Source: Azolla caroliniana
Taxonomy: Eukaryota; Plantae; Polypodiophyta
DNA: 64,000 nt
Direction of reading: 5' to 3'
Assembly: GCA_043228905.1 (NCBI GenBank)
Contig: JBHGNT010000003.1
Coordinates: forward strand, 17,422,001-17,486,000
Part shown: in pieces, positions 1 through 12,329 of the stretch
How positions within the stretch are numbered: position 1 is the first letter of the stretch
Layout of the letters: the number at the start of each line of letters is the position of its first letter
Notes under the pieces: generated by a model
Seen by the model: the letters and a program-made list of their open reading frames with translations, nothing else
The model's database searches: none
What the model was told of the DNA's origin: nothing
Position numbers and translations under genes: made by a program

Positions 1-1644
1 AGAAGTCAAGAGCGACCTCATCTTCAGACACCATGTCGCTTTCGCCCTCGAATCTTGCCCTCGATAGCATATCTACCATGGCATTATTCTTCCCTAAAAT
101 GTGATGAATCTTTGGGTTCATTGATTTGATGTAAGCAATCCATCTTAGCATCGCTAAGTCAGGTGTTGCACATCCCGAAACCATCCCTAGGATTGGAAGG
201 CAATCCGTCTTTATTACCACCTCTTACCTGATTAGGTAATCTTTATTTGCCTTCACTGTTGACACAATACCCCAAAGCTCAAGTTTTACTTGGGAGTATC
301 CTCGTTGTTGCTCGCTTTAGACCTTGGCTTCGAACCGCATGGTGTAGCGTGCACCATCCTCTCCTTCTTGGTTGATGACCCATCTGATCCCTGTTGGACT
401 TGTATCTACCGTCACGTAGATGGGCACCCCTTCCTTGTATACGACTTTTCGTAAAGCTGGAGCCGCTACCAACATTCCTTTGAGCCTATTCATTGCCTCT
501 GTGTGCTCTTACTCCCACTTGAACTTCTGCCCCTTCTTGAGTAGCCCATACAAAGGCTCGGCTAGGTGAGCGTAGTGTGGGATCAAGATGTGGTAGAATG
601 CACAGGCACCAAGAAATCGCCTCACCTCTGTTTGCGATTTACATTCTTCCCTCATGTTTGTGATGGCGTCCACCTTTGCTGGGGATGGCTGCGATTTACA
701 TTCTTCCCTCATGTACGCCCCACACAAGTGTCCCACCACAAGAATCTCTAGTTGGCCGAATGCCGATTTCTCACCTGAGAAGGTCAAGTGTGCATATTCG
801 AGTCTTTGTAGAACCTTCTCGTAATCGGTGATGTGATCTGCCACAAAATTTCTACACCCATCCTCATCCAAGGTTTCATCTTTCTTAGCTTTAGAGCACT
901 CTTTTATGGGATGTCATCGAGGAATGGCATGGTGATGTCGGGGATGCAATCTCTCAATACCTTGTTCATTGCGCTTACCATGTGGGCTACAGAGTTAGTG
1001 CCTCCTTGTGGCAAGGTACACATTCGCACTAGGCCGATAGGGGTCCACATCGTGGTGATGTTCTTACTCTCCACGGCTAGCTGGAATTGTTCATACCCTG
1101 AGTATAGATCATCGATCGAATAAATAGACCTTCCAGCGAAGGCCTCGACGAATTCGTCAACGCTCGGTCCAACCCCTGCATTTTGAATTGTCACTTGATT
1201 AACAGGTTGTAGGTCTTTGATTAAGCGTAAGGTGTCGTTCTTCATTGGCATAGTGAACCACCGATTCGAGTATGGGGCGCTTCATGGCTCGAGCATAGTA
1301 TGAACCATACGTACCATACGTGCATTCGCATTCGTGAAAGAAAAACACCCTCAAAGAATGATAAATACCATACTTTTGGATTAAATATTTATTATGAGGT
1401 AGATAAGCCTAAAAATAAAAATATAAACAAAAAAGAAACATTAAAAAAATGGGAAAAAAACAAAAGAAAAACACAAGAATGTTTGGATAACATTCACATT
1501 CATTTTCCAACGTAGGAAAACGAATGTTATACTAGACGAACACAAATTTTACGTACTATGGGCTCGAGGATACCCATCTTGATCTTTTCCTTGAGTAGCT
1601 CAATCAACTTTGGGATGTGAGCTCTCAGAACCGGGATTGGTTTG
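1..1644 (-). pseudogene. pol: Gypsy C reverse transcriptase and RNase H, disrupted
   Basis: ORFs 904-1251 (LPQGGTNS, PFLDD) and 509-871 (VRRFLGAC); RNase H remnants in 1-500; colinear with pol of element B. Confidence 0.9.
1294..1560. mobile_element. hAT-type MITE, 267 bp
   Basis: 8-bp TSD GGCTCGAG at 1286-1293 and 1561-1568; TIRs CATAGTATG...CGTACTATG; AT-rich noncoding body; removal restores colinearity with RT (MGILEP..APYSNRWF). Confidence 0.9.
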
Positions 1645-2100
1645 TGTTGAGAGACAAGCTCAACATCGGCCGGATCGGCTGAAGAAGCCGAGGACCGGAT
1701 CGGTTGGGACCGATCGGTTAGGTCGAATGCGTAAACCGGTACGTAGACCGGTTCGTAGGTAGGGCCGGATCGGTGCGTAAACCGGGAGGCCGTTAGGAAA
1801 GATATTCCGTGAGGAATATATTTGGGAGTTAGTGTAGGAGCTCTTAATGAGCATTGAAGTACTGTTAGTACTTCTGTCAGTCCTTCTCGGACTTGTATAA
1901 AAGTGTTCATTGAACACACATATGTATAGAGTATGGTGAATAGAGATTGTGTACCTTTTTTTTTAATATAGTTCTTGTTTTCCTCTCTCACTCTCTCTGT
2001 CTCTCCCGCGTATACTGTGTAAGCTCAAGCTCTCCATTAAACCTGAGTTTTCTTCCTTCTGTTCGGTCTTCATACTTGCTTCCGCACGTTACTTTTTACA
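1645..2100 (+). repeat. Copia A 5' LTR
   Basis: Direct repeat of 13972-14427 (about 13 differences counted by eye); TATAAAA near 1896; 12-bp subrepeats of GCGTAAACCGGT type. Confidence 0.97.
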
Positions 2101-2112
2101 TGGTATCAGAGC
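2101..2112 (+). other. Primer binding site, tRNA-iMet
   Basis: TGGTATCAGAGC directly after the LTR. Confidence 0.95.
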
Positions 2113-2172
2113 GCGAGGGTTGAGAACCTCTTTGCAGCCGACACAGCTTGACGAAGAAGAACAAGAAGAACG

Positions 2173-3129
2173 ATGGATAGAGGCATGGTGAGCTCGCTTC
2201 CAACAAAGAAGCTCGAAAGAACCAACTACGCGTCTTGGTCCTACAAGATACACCAGTACCTTCTCGGGCACGGCTACTGGAGTTATGTCGAGGGAGCTAA
2301 TGACGTGGCACCCGAATTGACACACAGAGACTTCCCGTTGTGGGAGCAATCGGCGAGCAGGGTATTATACTGCTTCGCGTCGTGTGTGGGCGAACATGTA
2401 TTGAGCTATGTTCGGGATGCAAAGACGCCGAAGGGTGCGTGGGAAAATCTGAAGAAGATTTTCGCCGCGAGCAACACAACCAGGAAGCTTCAACTCCGAC
2501 AGGAGTTGAGCAACCTACGACAACGCGACTTGTCGGTGGCGGACTATACCTCGAAGATCAAGGATATCTGCGACTCCCTCGCCTCCATAGAGGTGAACAT
2601 CGAGGACAACGAGATGGTCCAGATTTTTCTTGGAGGTTTTGCGTCGAAGTTTGGAGCGTTCCGAACGACTATGTGTAGCCGGGAGTATACGCCGTCCTTT
2701 TTCGACTTACAGTCAATGCTCCTGGTAGAGGAGAACCACGCGGGTGCGTCTACAAGCACGCACACCGACAACAAGATGTTGTACACGGAGGGAGAAAGGG
2801 CCCATGGTCGTGGCGGACGAGGCGAGTCGGTACGCAATGGAAGCGGCCGACGAGATCAAGGAAGAAGGCACCGAAGTGATGCCGACAGCAACTCCGGACC
2901 CTCCGGAAACAGGGGGAGTCGAAGCGATGAGAACCAACAAGGGAAGGCCATCGCGGAGTGCTGGTACTGTGGCAAGAAAGGTCATAGGGAAAGTGAGTGT
3001 TGGAAGAAACGCGCCGATTCGGAGAGAACCGGTTCCGGAAACAGCTCTGGACATACCGACAAGGGAAATCGGCAGCGATCGCACTACGCCGAAGACTCCG
3101 GGAGAGTCGAGAAGGGTCTGCCTTCGTGA
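2173..3129 (+). CDS. gag: Copia A Gag (frameshifted off the polyprotein at its C-terminus)
   Basis: 318 aa; NYASW motif, UBN2-like region, zinc knuckle CWYCGKKGHRESEC. Confidence 0.9.
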   Translation: MDRGMVSSLPTKKLERTNYASWSYKIHQYLLGHGYWSYVEGANDVAPELTHRDFPLWEQSASRVLYCFASCVGEHVLSYVRDAKTPKGAWENLKKIFAASNTTRKLQLRQELSNLRQRDLSVADYTSKIKDICDSLASIEVNIEDNEMVQIFLGGFASKFGAFRTTMCSREYTPSFFDLQSMLLVEENHAGASTSTHTDNKMLYTEGERAHGRGGRGESVRNGSGRRDQGRRHRSDADSNSGPSGNRGSRSDENQQGKAIAECWYCGKKGHRESECWKKRADSERTGSGNSSGHTDKGNRQRSHYAEDSGRVEKGLPS

Positions 3130-5956
3130 CGAGACACGAAGCAAACTCAATGAAACGGACCACCCCGAGATCGGACGAGGTATGGTACGTAGACTCCGGC
3201 GCGTCAAAACACATGACGAGCCATAAGGAGTGGTTCTCGTACCTTGAAAAACCGATACAACCTGGAGTAGTCGCAACTGGAGACGACACTCCGCAACTGG
3301 ACAGATCTTCAACCAAGGGATGGAGGTTCGGTTTACACTGCTCGGGTGCTTCATTGAGGAAGAAGGCCGTGTGATTGCGCAAGGGCGCAGAGACGGGAGG
3401 ATGTTCACCCTCGACTCCATTGACGGCGGCACCGCAATGTTCGCGAAGGGACAAAAATCCGAGTCGGACATCGACTTGTGGCACAAGCGGATAGGCCACG
3501 TCAACTACCAGCGGCTTCAACATCTGCAATCGAAACAGGTAGTGTTCGGATTGCCCAAATTTAGTGGCCGAAAGGCATAAATTTGTGAAGCCTGCCAGCT
3601 CGGGAAGCAACACCGACTTCCTTTCCCCAACGAGTGAAACCGGAGCCGGAACAAGCTCGACCTTATACACTCCAATGTACGGGGGCCGGCACAAAACGTT
3701 AGTCTTGGCGGGAGCCGATATTTCGTCTCCTTCATCGACGACCACACGCGGCACACGTGGATCTACCTCATTAAGAGGAAGAGCGAAGTCTTCGACTGTT
3801 TCCGGGACCTCAAAGGGTTCGTGGAAACGGAAACGGGACGAAAGATCAAGTGCCTGCGGTCGGATGGCGGGAAAGAGTACTTTTCTGGTCAATTCAACGG
3901 TTATCTACAACAAATGGGAATTCAGCGCGAATTCAGTTGTAGATACACGCCGGAGCAGAAGGGCGTGGCCGAGAGGAAGAATCGGTCAGTTGTGGAAGCG
4001 GCACGGGCAATGCTGGAGGAGAAGAGCTTGCCCAAATTCTATTGGGCCGAGGCGGTAAGGACCGTGGTATACATCCAGAACCGGATCGGAGACAAAGTGT
4101 CGGCGCACCAGCTATATTTCGGAACGAAGCCGAACTTGGGACACTTGAGGGTGTTCGGTAGCATTGCATATGTGCATGTACCAAAGGAGAAAAGGAGGAA
4201 ACTGGATGCAAAGGCCGAGAAATGCATCTTGGTCGGTTACTCGGACGAGCAAAAGGGCTATAAGTGCTATAACCCTTGCAACAAACAAGCGCGTGTTAGC
4301 CGTGACGTTGTGTTTGAAGAGTCCGTGTCCAGGTATAAGCCCCCGACTCCAATCCGAGCTCTGACGATGAGGTTAGCGAGGCCGAGATGCATCCGGATGA
4401 GCCCGAAATCGAGACCCGCGAAGAGAGTCCGGTTTCACTCCGTTTAAGTGGACCGATTGGACAACTGAGTTGGTACGACTAGTCCGATGAAGAGCCGGCG
4501 AGTAGTGTCGGTCGTGCATTCCCCGCGTAGGAAGCCGAGGAGACGGCTTACGCGCGAAGAGAAAGGGAAGAAGAAGGTGTCGGATTCCGGCACGGATAGG
4601 AACGGGTCGGACCGATGCGAGGCCGACTTCGAGGGAACCGGCGACGGACCTTCAGGAACGAAGTCCGCATCGGCCGAGAAGACTTCGACATCGGCAAATG
4701 ACCGATTGCGCCGATCTACCCGCCAAAAGAACCCAGTTGTGCGGTTTGGATACAACGAGTACATGGTGCATCACTATGTGTACATGCCCGTGTAGCGGAA
4801 GTGCGTGAGCCGGAGTGCTATGCAGAAGCGGCTAAAGACGCGACTTGGCCTGCCGCGATGGAGGAAGAGATGCACGCGTTGGCGGAGAACGAGACTTAGG
4901 ACCTGGTTGACGCACCGAAGGGTGTGAAGCCGATCGGGTGTAGGTGGGTGTACAAGGTCAAGTACAACACCGATGGCTCGGTCAACCGGTACAAGGCTCG
5001 GCTAGTGGCAAAGGGCTACGTGCAGAAAAACGGCATCGACTACGAGGAGACGTTTGCGCTGATCGCGAAAATGACAACTGTCCGTGTTTTGCTCGTAGTA
5101 GCTTCGGTGAAGGGGTGGCACCTACATCAGATGGACGTAAAGAATGCGTTCCTGCAAGGTGACCTTGAGGAACAGGTGTACATGGTACATCCCCCCGGAT
5201 TTCACTCTGGAACGAAATCCTCGGCAGTATGTCGACTGAAGAAGTCCCTCTACAGACTGAAGCAAGCCCCGCGTGCCTGGAACACGAAGATCACGCAACA
5301 ACTGCGTCAGATGGGCTTCATCACGTCAAAATCAGACTCTTCCCTGTTCATCCGGAAAGGTCGTCTCGGACCGGTTAGTATTTTACGATATGTTGATGAC
5401 TTGGTCATCACCGGCGCCGACCTAGGTGAAATCGATCGCGTGAAGCTCTAGCTTGTGGCATTGTTCGACATGAAGGATCTGGGGGACCTTCATTACTTCC
5501 TCGGGATCGAAGTGATCCGCACCCCCGAAGGCATACTAATCAGCCAACGTCATTACGCGTTGAATATGCTCTTCAAATTCGGGATGGCCGACTGTAAGTC
5601 CGTCTCGACTCTAGACAGAACCGTCAAGCTTCGTCCCGATATAGGAAAGGTATGCAACCCGACGAGGTTCCGAAAAATTGTCGGAAGCCTCATATACTTG
5701 ACCATCACCCGACCCGACCTCAGTTATCCGGTCGGAGTGATTAGTCAGTTCATGGCGCGACCTACCGAGGAGCACCTCCAGTGTGCGCAACGCATACTTC
5801 GGTATGTCAACGGTACTAAGGACCGGGGACTTCTATATCGAACCGGTGCAGTCGTGCAGTTAGTCGGCTACACCGATGCTAATTGGGCTGGCAACGCCGT
5901 CGATCGCCGATCCACATCCGGATACGCGTTCTCCCTCGGGAGTGCCGCGATTGCGT
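3130..5956 (+). pseudogene. pol: Copia A PR-INT-RT-RNase H (N-part) with stops, frameshifts and a deletion near 3290
   Basis: WYVDSGAS; LWHKRIGH; RSDGGKEY; YKARLVAKG; QMDVKNAFL; YVDD; GYTDANW. Confidence 0.93.
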
Positions 5957-6660
5957 TGTCGTGCCTTTCGGCTCCGGATCGTTGCGTGAGTTGGGTGGGA
6001 ACCGCCGAGGTTTTGGACTAGGAGGAAGAAAAATACAAATAAGGCTAGTAAAGAATAGGTATAAAGAGTTATAAAATAAGAATCTTGTGAATCCCACGAG
6101 TTTAGTATATTTAGTCAATATTTAGGTAGTAAGAGAGAATTATTTTAGCAAATTCGTGAATCCCACGAATATTTTAGATTGATTGATCATTATAGAAAAG
6201 AAAAAATCAACAAAACTACAATGTGCTCCCCATCCTTATATAGTGATGGGAGAGACTAAGCATAGCTACATGCTTTTAATCTAATATGTTCATGCACACT
6301 AAATGTGCATGTGATGCTTTTCTAATCCTTGCTTTTATTTGCTAAATATAGTGCTCATGCACGCTAGATGTGCATGAGTCACTTTTTAGTTGCTTGCGTT
6401 TTTCTATAAAATATTCACGCACTCTAAAAATGCATGATTTACCTTTTAATAAAGGTAGGCACAAATAAAACACTTATAGTTATTAAATCTATTTGTAGAA
6501 CAGCATAATGGTAAAGTTGAGGTTTGGCTACGTGGAGGGTTCAAATCCTGCCTTATGCACGTGATAAATATTTTGATATATTATTTATTTATTTATATGT
6601 ATCTAAAATCGGATATATTATTTTATGGTTTTCACGTAGTGTGTGGAATACACTACGACA
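5957..6660 (-). repeat. Gypsy B 3' LTR
   Basis: Termini TGTCGT...ACGACA; repeat of 12330-13041 with a few indels. Confidence 0.95.
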
Positions 6661-9600
6661 CTCGCCCCCTCCGAACCCGCACATCCTCCGGTATGTGCCG
6701 AAGTTCTCGATTCCTCATATTCGTCTTCACCTAAAGCTTCCTCCGATTCTCCCCTAATGTCGACTATGAGTTGTAATTCACTTTCTTCGCTTCCCGCATC
6801 ACCGTGGTCTTCGTCCGATTGCTCCTCATTGTTGGCCTTGGCTTGGATCACATAGGGTTTGTCGTCGGTCCGCTTCTTGAAAATCTTCACCCGCTTCCCG
6901 GCTATAGGCACTCGTAGTATTGTTCCATCCAACTCGGACAGTCGGTACGTTCCGTTGTCGAAGACTTTCCGAACCTCGTATGGCCCGAACCACCTTTTCG
7001 CAAATTTCCGCATCGTTGTATGTTGATGGTCCAAATTACTGTCGTAGACGATCACCCAATCTCCTTCTTCAATCCTCCTCGGTCGTAGTCGGTGCTTTGT
7101 GTCGAACCGGCTTTTTTTCCGGAACCGTGCTTCTTGTTGTCGGCGTATTGCTTCCGCTATGTCTGCCGGTCTTCCCTCTAGTTGTCGTATCCGGACCGCT
7201 AGTAGTTCTTCCCGGCTCCTCTCTTCCTTCCACGGTAGCATTGTCCATGTTGCGATCGCGGTTTCCGTCGGCATTACCGGTGCTTGTCCGGTCATGAGTT
7301 CTGCCGGCATGTAACCGGTTACAGAGCTATGCGTCGTCCGATCCGCCCATAGTGCATACGGAAGCATCTGCGGCCAGTCCTTCACCTTTCCATCGCATGC
7401 CTTCGCAAGTGCTTTCACGATCAGACTATGTCCTCATTCGATTTTCCCATTGGCCTCCGGATTGTATGCCGTTGTCAGCGATAACTGAACTCCGTGTTTG
7501 GAGAAGAATCCCCTAGCTTTGTCCGAGTCGAGTTCTCCCCGGTCCGCAATCACTTGCCCTACACACCCGTACCTGCAAAATACTTCCTCCAAAAGAAATT
7601 GGCATACCGCGGAACACGTTTTCCTCTGAAGCGCTCGACCTTCTACTTGATTCGTGAGATCTTCCCGAGCTAATACCAAGTATTTCTTTTGTCCGATCCC
7701 GGTCGGCATGGCCACTATGTCGACCATCCACTTGAAGTTGATTGTCGGTGAGAATGTCGGATGTAACTCATCTCGATGTCGAACCCCGGAGTAGACTTGA
7801 CATTTCTCGCAGCTTTCCGTCAACTCCGCGACATCTTTGTACATTTTCTTCCACCAATATTTTTGCTTGATCTTCACAAATGTTGCCCATGTTCCTCGGT
7901 GTCCAGCCCAATCGGATTTGTGAAACTCGGACATTATCCGGTTTCGTTGCTCTTTTGTCCCGACTACTCGAAGTGGTATACCATCCGGTCTTTTCGGCGC
8001 CCTCCATATTAATCCGTTTTCCAAGAAGAACTTTTGGACTTGCCTCTTCTTCCTTCGGATCTCGGCTCTTCTTCCTTTATCGTTTGTTGAGTCCTCGGCC
8101 TCTTGTAACATCTTTCCGATCATCAAGCTTTCTCCCTCGTATTCTTCTTCCCGGAATTCTCGGATTACGTTCACTCGGCATATGTGCTCTAACGCGAAGT
8201 AGTCTTCGGAAACTTCTTCATTATCCGATTCGGTTATGTCATCTCCGAACCGAGCCCTTGATAACATATCCGCTACCGCGTTGTCCTTCCCCGAGATGTG
8301 TCGAACCTCCGGATTAAGCGACTTGACATATGCAACCCACCTTAGCATAGCTACATCCGGTATCATACAACACCGCATCATCCCGAGTATCGGAAGACAA
8401 TCCGTCTCGATCACCACTTCGGCTCCGATCAAATAATCCCGATCCGATTTTATCGCCGACACGACTCCCCACAGTTCTCTTTTGACTTGTGCATAGCCAC
8501 GTTGCCTTTCGTGGAGAACCTTTGCTCCGAATCGGATCGGATACCGCGAACCATCCGAGTCGGCTTGATTGATGACCCACCCGATACCGGTTGGACTTGT
8601 ATCAACCGTTACTATGATCGGTTGGTTGTAGCTCGGCTTCTTAAGTGCTTCCGCCCTCCGAAGTGTCTTCTTCAATTTCTTCATGGCTTTGGTGTGTTCC
8701 GGTTTCCATTCGAATTTCTTACCTTTCCGCAACAAGTGGTAGAGTGGGTCCGCTATATGTGCATAGTGCGGAATCCATATGTGATAGAATGCACATACAC
8801 CGAGAAACCTTCGGACTTCGGATGTTGACTCGCATATTTCCTCCATAGCTTGAATCACATCGATCTTTGTTGGTGACGGTCTTCGGCCATAGGGCCCACA
8901 TAGATGTCCGACCACCAATATTTCTTCTTGCCCGAATGCCGATTTCTCCCCGGAAAGTGTTAGGTGCACATCTTCTAGCTTTCGCAACACTTTCTCGCAA
9001 TCATGAATATGGTTGACCACGAACTTTCGGCATCCCCGATCATCCATAGTCTCATCTTTTTCTTCTATCGCGCATCCTTTCATCGAAATGTCATCGAGGA
9101 ACGGCATCGTTATCTCCGGAATGCAGTCTCGAAGCACCTTGTTCATCGTGTTCATCATATGAGCAACCGAGTTTGTCGCTCCTTGTGGTAGTCTACACAT
9201 TCGGACTAATCCTATTGGTGTTCGCATGGTTGTGATGTCTCGGCTCTCCACGGCTAGTTGGAATTGGTCATACCCCGAGTATAGGTCTCCGATGGAGTAT
9301 ATCGCATGACCGGCAAAAGCTTCCGCAAATTCGTCCACTATCGGACCCACTCCCGAGTTCTGGATCGTGACCTTATTCACCGGTTGCAAGTCTTCGATAA
9401 ATCGGAGTGACCCATTCTTCTTGGGAACCGTAAACCATCGATTTGAGTATGGAGCAGTTGATGGCTCTAGAATCCCCATCGCCACCTTCTCCTTGAGCAA
9501 GTCAATGACTTTCGGAATATGCGCTCGTGGCACCGGAATCGGGTTCAGGTTCCACGGTACATGGTCAATCGTGAAGATCACCATTGGTTCCACTATTCTC

Positions 9601-10094
9601 GGATCGACGCACCCTATCTCCCTTGATGTAAATGCAAACGCTTTGCCGTGTTGCTCCAACATCTCGCGAAACCGTTCTTCTTCTTTTTGTAATAGGAATC
9701 CACCTCCACCGATCCGAAGTTTCTTCCGGGTCTCATCCGTGAAGGCATGTCCGATATCCACGGACTTCCGAAGTGTCGGATCTCCTGAGACTTCTTTCCT
9801 CTTTTGTTCACTATCGGCGGGTAGTGGTCCCGCGGCCGGTTTCACCTTCTTCTCCACGGTCTTGTATTTCGTACTTACCATTGCTTTTTCTTTGCGGAGC
9901 GTATCCGGCTCCATTTTCGCAATGATCTCGTACATCTCGACCGATTCCACCGGGACTACCCGGTTCCCTTGGCTTTTATCTTCCGCAAGCTCTTCAAGTC
10001 GTTGTAGCGTGCTCCCATAGAACACTTCTTCGACTATCCCCACGATTTCTTCATCTTCTTTTATTATTGATGCCAACCGCAACTTATCCTCCAC
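6618..10094 (-). pseudogene. pol: Gypsy B Pol (RT-RH-INT), one in-frame TGA at 7434-7436
   Basis: 886-aa and 266-aa ORFs in the same frame; LPQGATNS, FLDD, VDTS, HHCC zinc finger, ADRGE, GPY module. Confidence 0.95.
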
Positions 10095-10249
10095 TTGTCA
10101 GTATCCTTCCTTCAATCCTCCGGTTACGGTCGTGTACGTAGATGCCCCATCCGGACCGATTCGTACATGTTTTGCTTCGAGAGTTTTCTTCCTGTGTGGG
10201 GTATCAGGGCTTCTCGGACTATCACTTCCCCACTCCGCAACAATCCGCT

Positions 10250-12289
10250 TTAAAAATCCATTCTCACTTGGGACAAGAGTTCCCTCTTGTTCCTTTCGTG
10301 ATTTGCCGGCACCGTTAGGAATTGGACGGATTTCCCACCGTTTTGGCTCCGAATTCGCGCAAAAGCCGCACCGCTATCGAGCACCTTCGTCTCCATCCGT
10401 GATGCCGTGATAAAGGGTTGGCTGAGGATGACGGAATGTGAAACCTCATCTTGCACGAAGAAATTTTGGTCGATCTCGACATCCCCGATCTTCACCGTCA
10501 CATCCGGACAAGCCGCAAATAGATCTTCCGTTGCTTTGGAGGCCGCCCGAATCTTCCATCCATGGTTGGTGTTAATAGGCCACTTCCCCTTCCGGTAGAA
10601 CTCCTTGGACATAAAGTTGATCTCCGATCCGTGATCAATCAATGCTAGCACGGGTTCTTTGATGTTGCCGATTCGGACCGGAGTCTCCGTAGTTGCGTGT
10701 GCCCAATGTGGCCTTGTATAGTGGGAGTTCGGAATTTCGTCCTCCACTTCGGTGTCGTTCATTAAAACGGTGTTCGCATTCACCCTTGGAGCATTTTCCT
10801 TCGTACTTTGTCTTTTTCGCTTCACGAGATCCACGAGAAGATCGTGGAACTCCTTTGCTATTCCGAGTAGCTCCCGAAGCGAGAAATCTACCCGGCTATC
10901 CAAGATCCTTTCTTCGAACACTCTTTTCAAGTCGGTTTGTTGTTCTATGTCCAAGGCGAGCTTGAATGCCGGAGTCGCCTTTTCTTTTCCCTTACCTCCG
11001 GAGTTCCAGCTTTCCGGTATCTTCGATGGCCCGCCCGTGCGTCGTCGTTTCTCGTCCACATACACCTTATGCAATTGACACAGGGCGTATACGCTATTCT
11101 TGTCGACAGGGCACTCCCATCCCGTAGCTTCCCGGACGCCTTCCGTGGTGCTTCGGATCTCGTTGGAGTCGGTTTTCTCGGTGTTTTCTAGAACTTCCGG
11201 CCAAAAAGACATCTTTGCTCTCGATGACTCCCCGACACATATTCCCGCGGTTGTCGCATAGTTGCTTCTTGCCGCCGATTCCTCCTCGAGCACCTTCTTC
11301 ATGCCGCCTTTCCGGAAGTTCGGTCGGAGTGGCTTCCGAGAGTCCATCGAATGAATCCGGTTTCCCTCGTAGTAGATGAGATCCCGCCGTAGCGCCTCCT
11401 TATGCTCGTCGCAATCCCTCCGATCGTGTTCAGCGCTATCGCACCATATGCACCATATGCATTGTCGGTCCGTATACCTGGAGCTTGTGGGGCGGTCATC
11501 CGACTTCTTCACCATCGCGATCTTCAGATTCTCCATCTCCTTCAATAGTTGCTCCACCGTAGATGCATCAATCCCCTTCTCAGTTGTAGTTTCCCGAGCC
11601 CTCGGTTGAAGGTCTTCCAATCCGGTTCTCGGTTTCGGAATCGGTTTCGAAACCCTCTTTTCCTCGTTGGCAAGCCATTGCCCCCTCTTCGTGTATCGCA
11701 CGACGATATCCCGCACGCTTTCCCATGTTTCGGTGAGACCACTCTCCGTGGTCGTGTCCTCCAAGAGCACTCCGAGATCTTTCCGGTCCCGGACGTCCAC
11801 GGCTCGCAAGAACATGATCATCTTGTCCGGTACGAGGATAGCTTGATCTCTCGCGGACAACCTCCCGAACCGGCTTTCGAATGCCGAAAACACATCAATG
11901 ACCTTCAATCCCTTGTCCAGCGTCTCCACCCAATCTTCGAATCCCCTTCGCGTCGCCTTGGAGGAATCCTCGATGGTGAACGTCCTCTTTAGCTCTTCTT
12001 CAAACGCTTCCCATGTCAGATTTTGTTGTCGTAGCCCATGGATGCTTGCTTGAAGCCCGTCGGTCGCCACCCGGTTGAAGGATGTCACTTGTAGTCCTTC
12101 CGATATTCCGCACCGTAGCATCTCCGCCTTGTAGTCCCGAAGATACCGCGACACGTCTTTCCCGTTGAATTGCCCGTTTCGTTGCATGAGCCGCTCCACT
12201 GATGCCGTTATCTCCGACATCGCGCGTTGTTCTTGTAGCATGCGCTCGAACATCATCATCATGTTGCTAGCCTCCGGTTGATTTTCCAT
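10250..12289 (-). CDS. gag: Gypsy B Gag-protease, open 679 aa
   Basis: CIWCDSAEHDRRDC knuckle; protease motif LIDHGSEIN...VILSQPF. Confidence 0.92.
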   Translation of the reverse strand: MENQPEASNMMMMFERMLQEQRAMSEITASVERLMQRNGQFNGKDVSRYLRDYKAEMLRCGISEGLQVTSFNRVATDGLQASIHGLRQQNLTWEAFEEELKRTFTIEDSSKATRRGFEDWVETLDKGLKVIDVFSAFESRFGRLSARDQAILVPDKMIMFLRAVDVRDRKDLGVLLEDTTTESGLTETWESVRDIVVRYTKRGQWLANEEKRVSKPIPKPRTGLEDLQPRARETTTEKGIDASTVEQLLKEMENLKIAMVKKSDDRPTSSRYTDRQCIWCIWCDSAEHDRRDCDEHKEALRRDLIYYEGNRIHSMDSRKPLRPNFRKGGMKKVLEEESAARSNYATTAGICVGESSRAKMSFWPEVLENTEKTDSNEIRSTTEGVREATGWECPVDKNSVYALCQLHKVYVDEKRRRTGGPSKIPESWNSGGKGKEKATPAFKLALDIEQQTDLKRVFEERILDSRVDFSLRELLGIAKEFHDLLVDLVKRKRQSTKENAPRVNANTVLMNDTEVEDEIPNSHYTRPHWAHATTETPVRIGNIKEPVLALIDHGSEINFMSKEFYRKGKWPINTNHGWKIRAASKATEDLFAACPDVTVKIGDVEIDQNFFVQDEVSHSVILSQPFITASRMETKVLDSGAAFARIRSQNGGKSVQFLTVPANHERNKRELLSQVRMDF

Positions 12290-12307
12290 CTCCTTGCCAC
12301 CCGGTGT

Positions 12308-12325
12308 TTCACGTCGGGTTCACCA
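12308..12325 (-). other. Primer binding site, tRNA-Trp
   Basis: Plus strand TTCACGTCGGGTTCACCA matches the plant tRNA-Trp 3' end as I recall it. Confidence 0.85.
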
Positions 12326-12329
12326 ACTG

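Noticed and set aside
2713-3892. Long antisense ORFs over Copia and Gypsy coding regions
   Set aside because: Shadow frames of GC-rich pol sequence with no motifs
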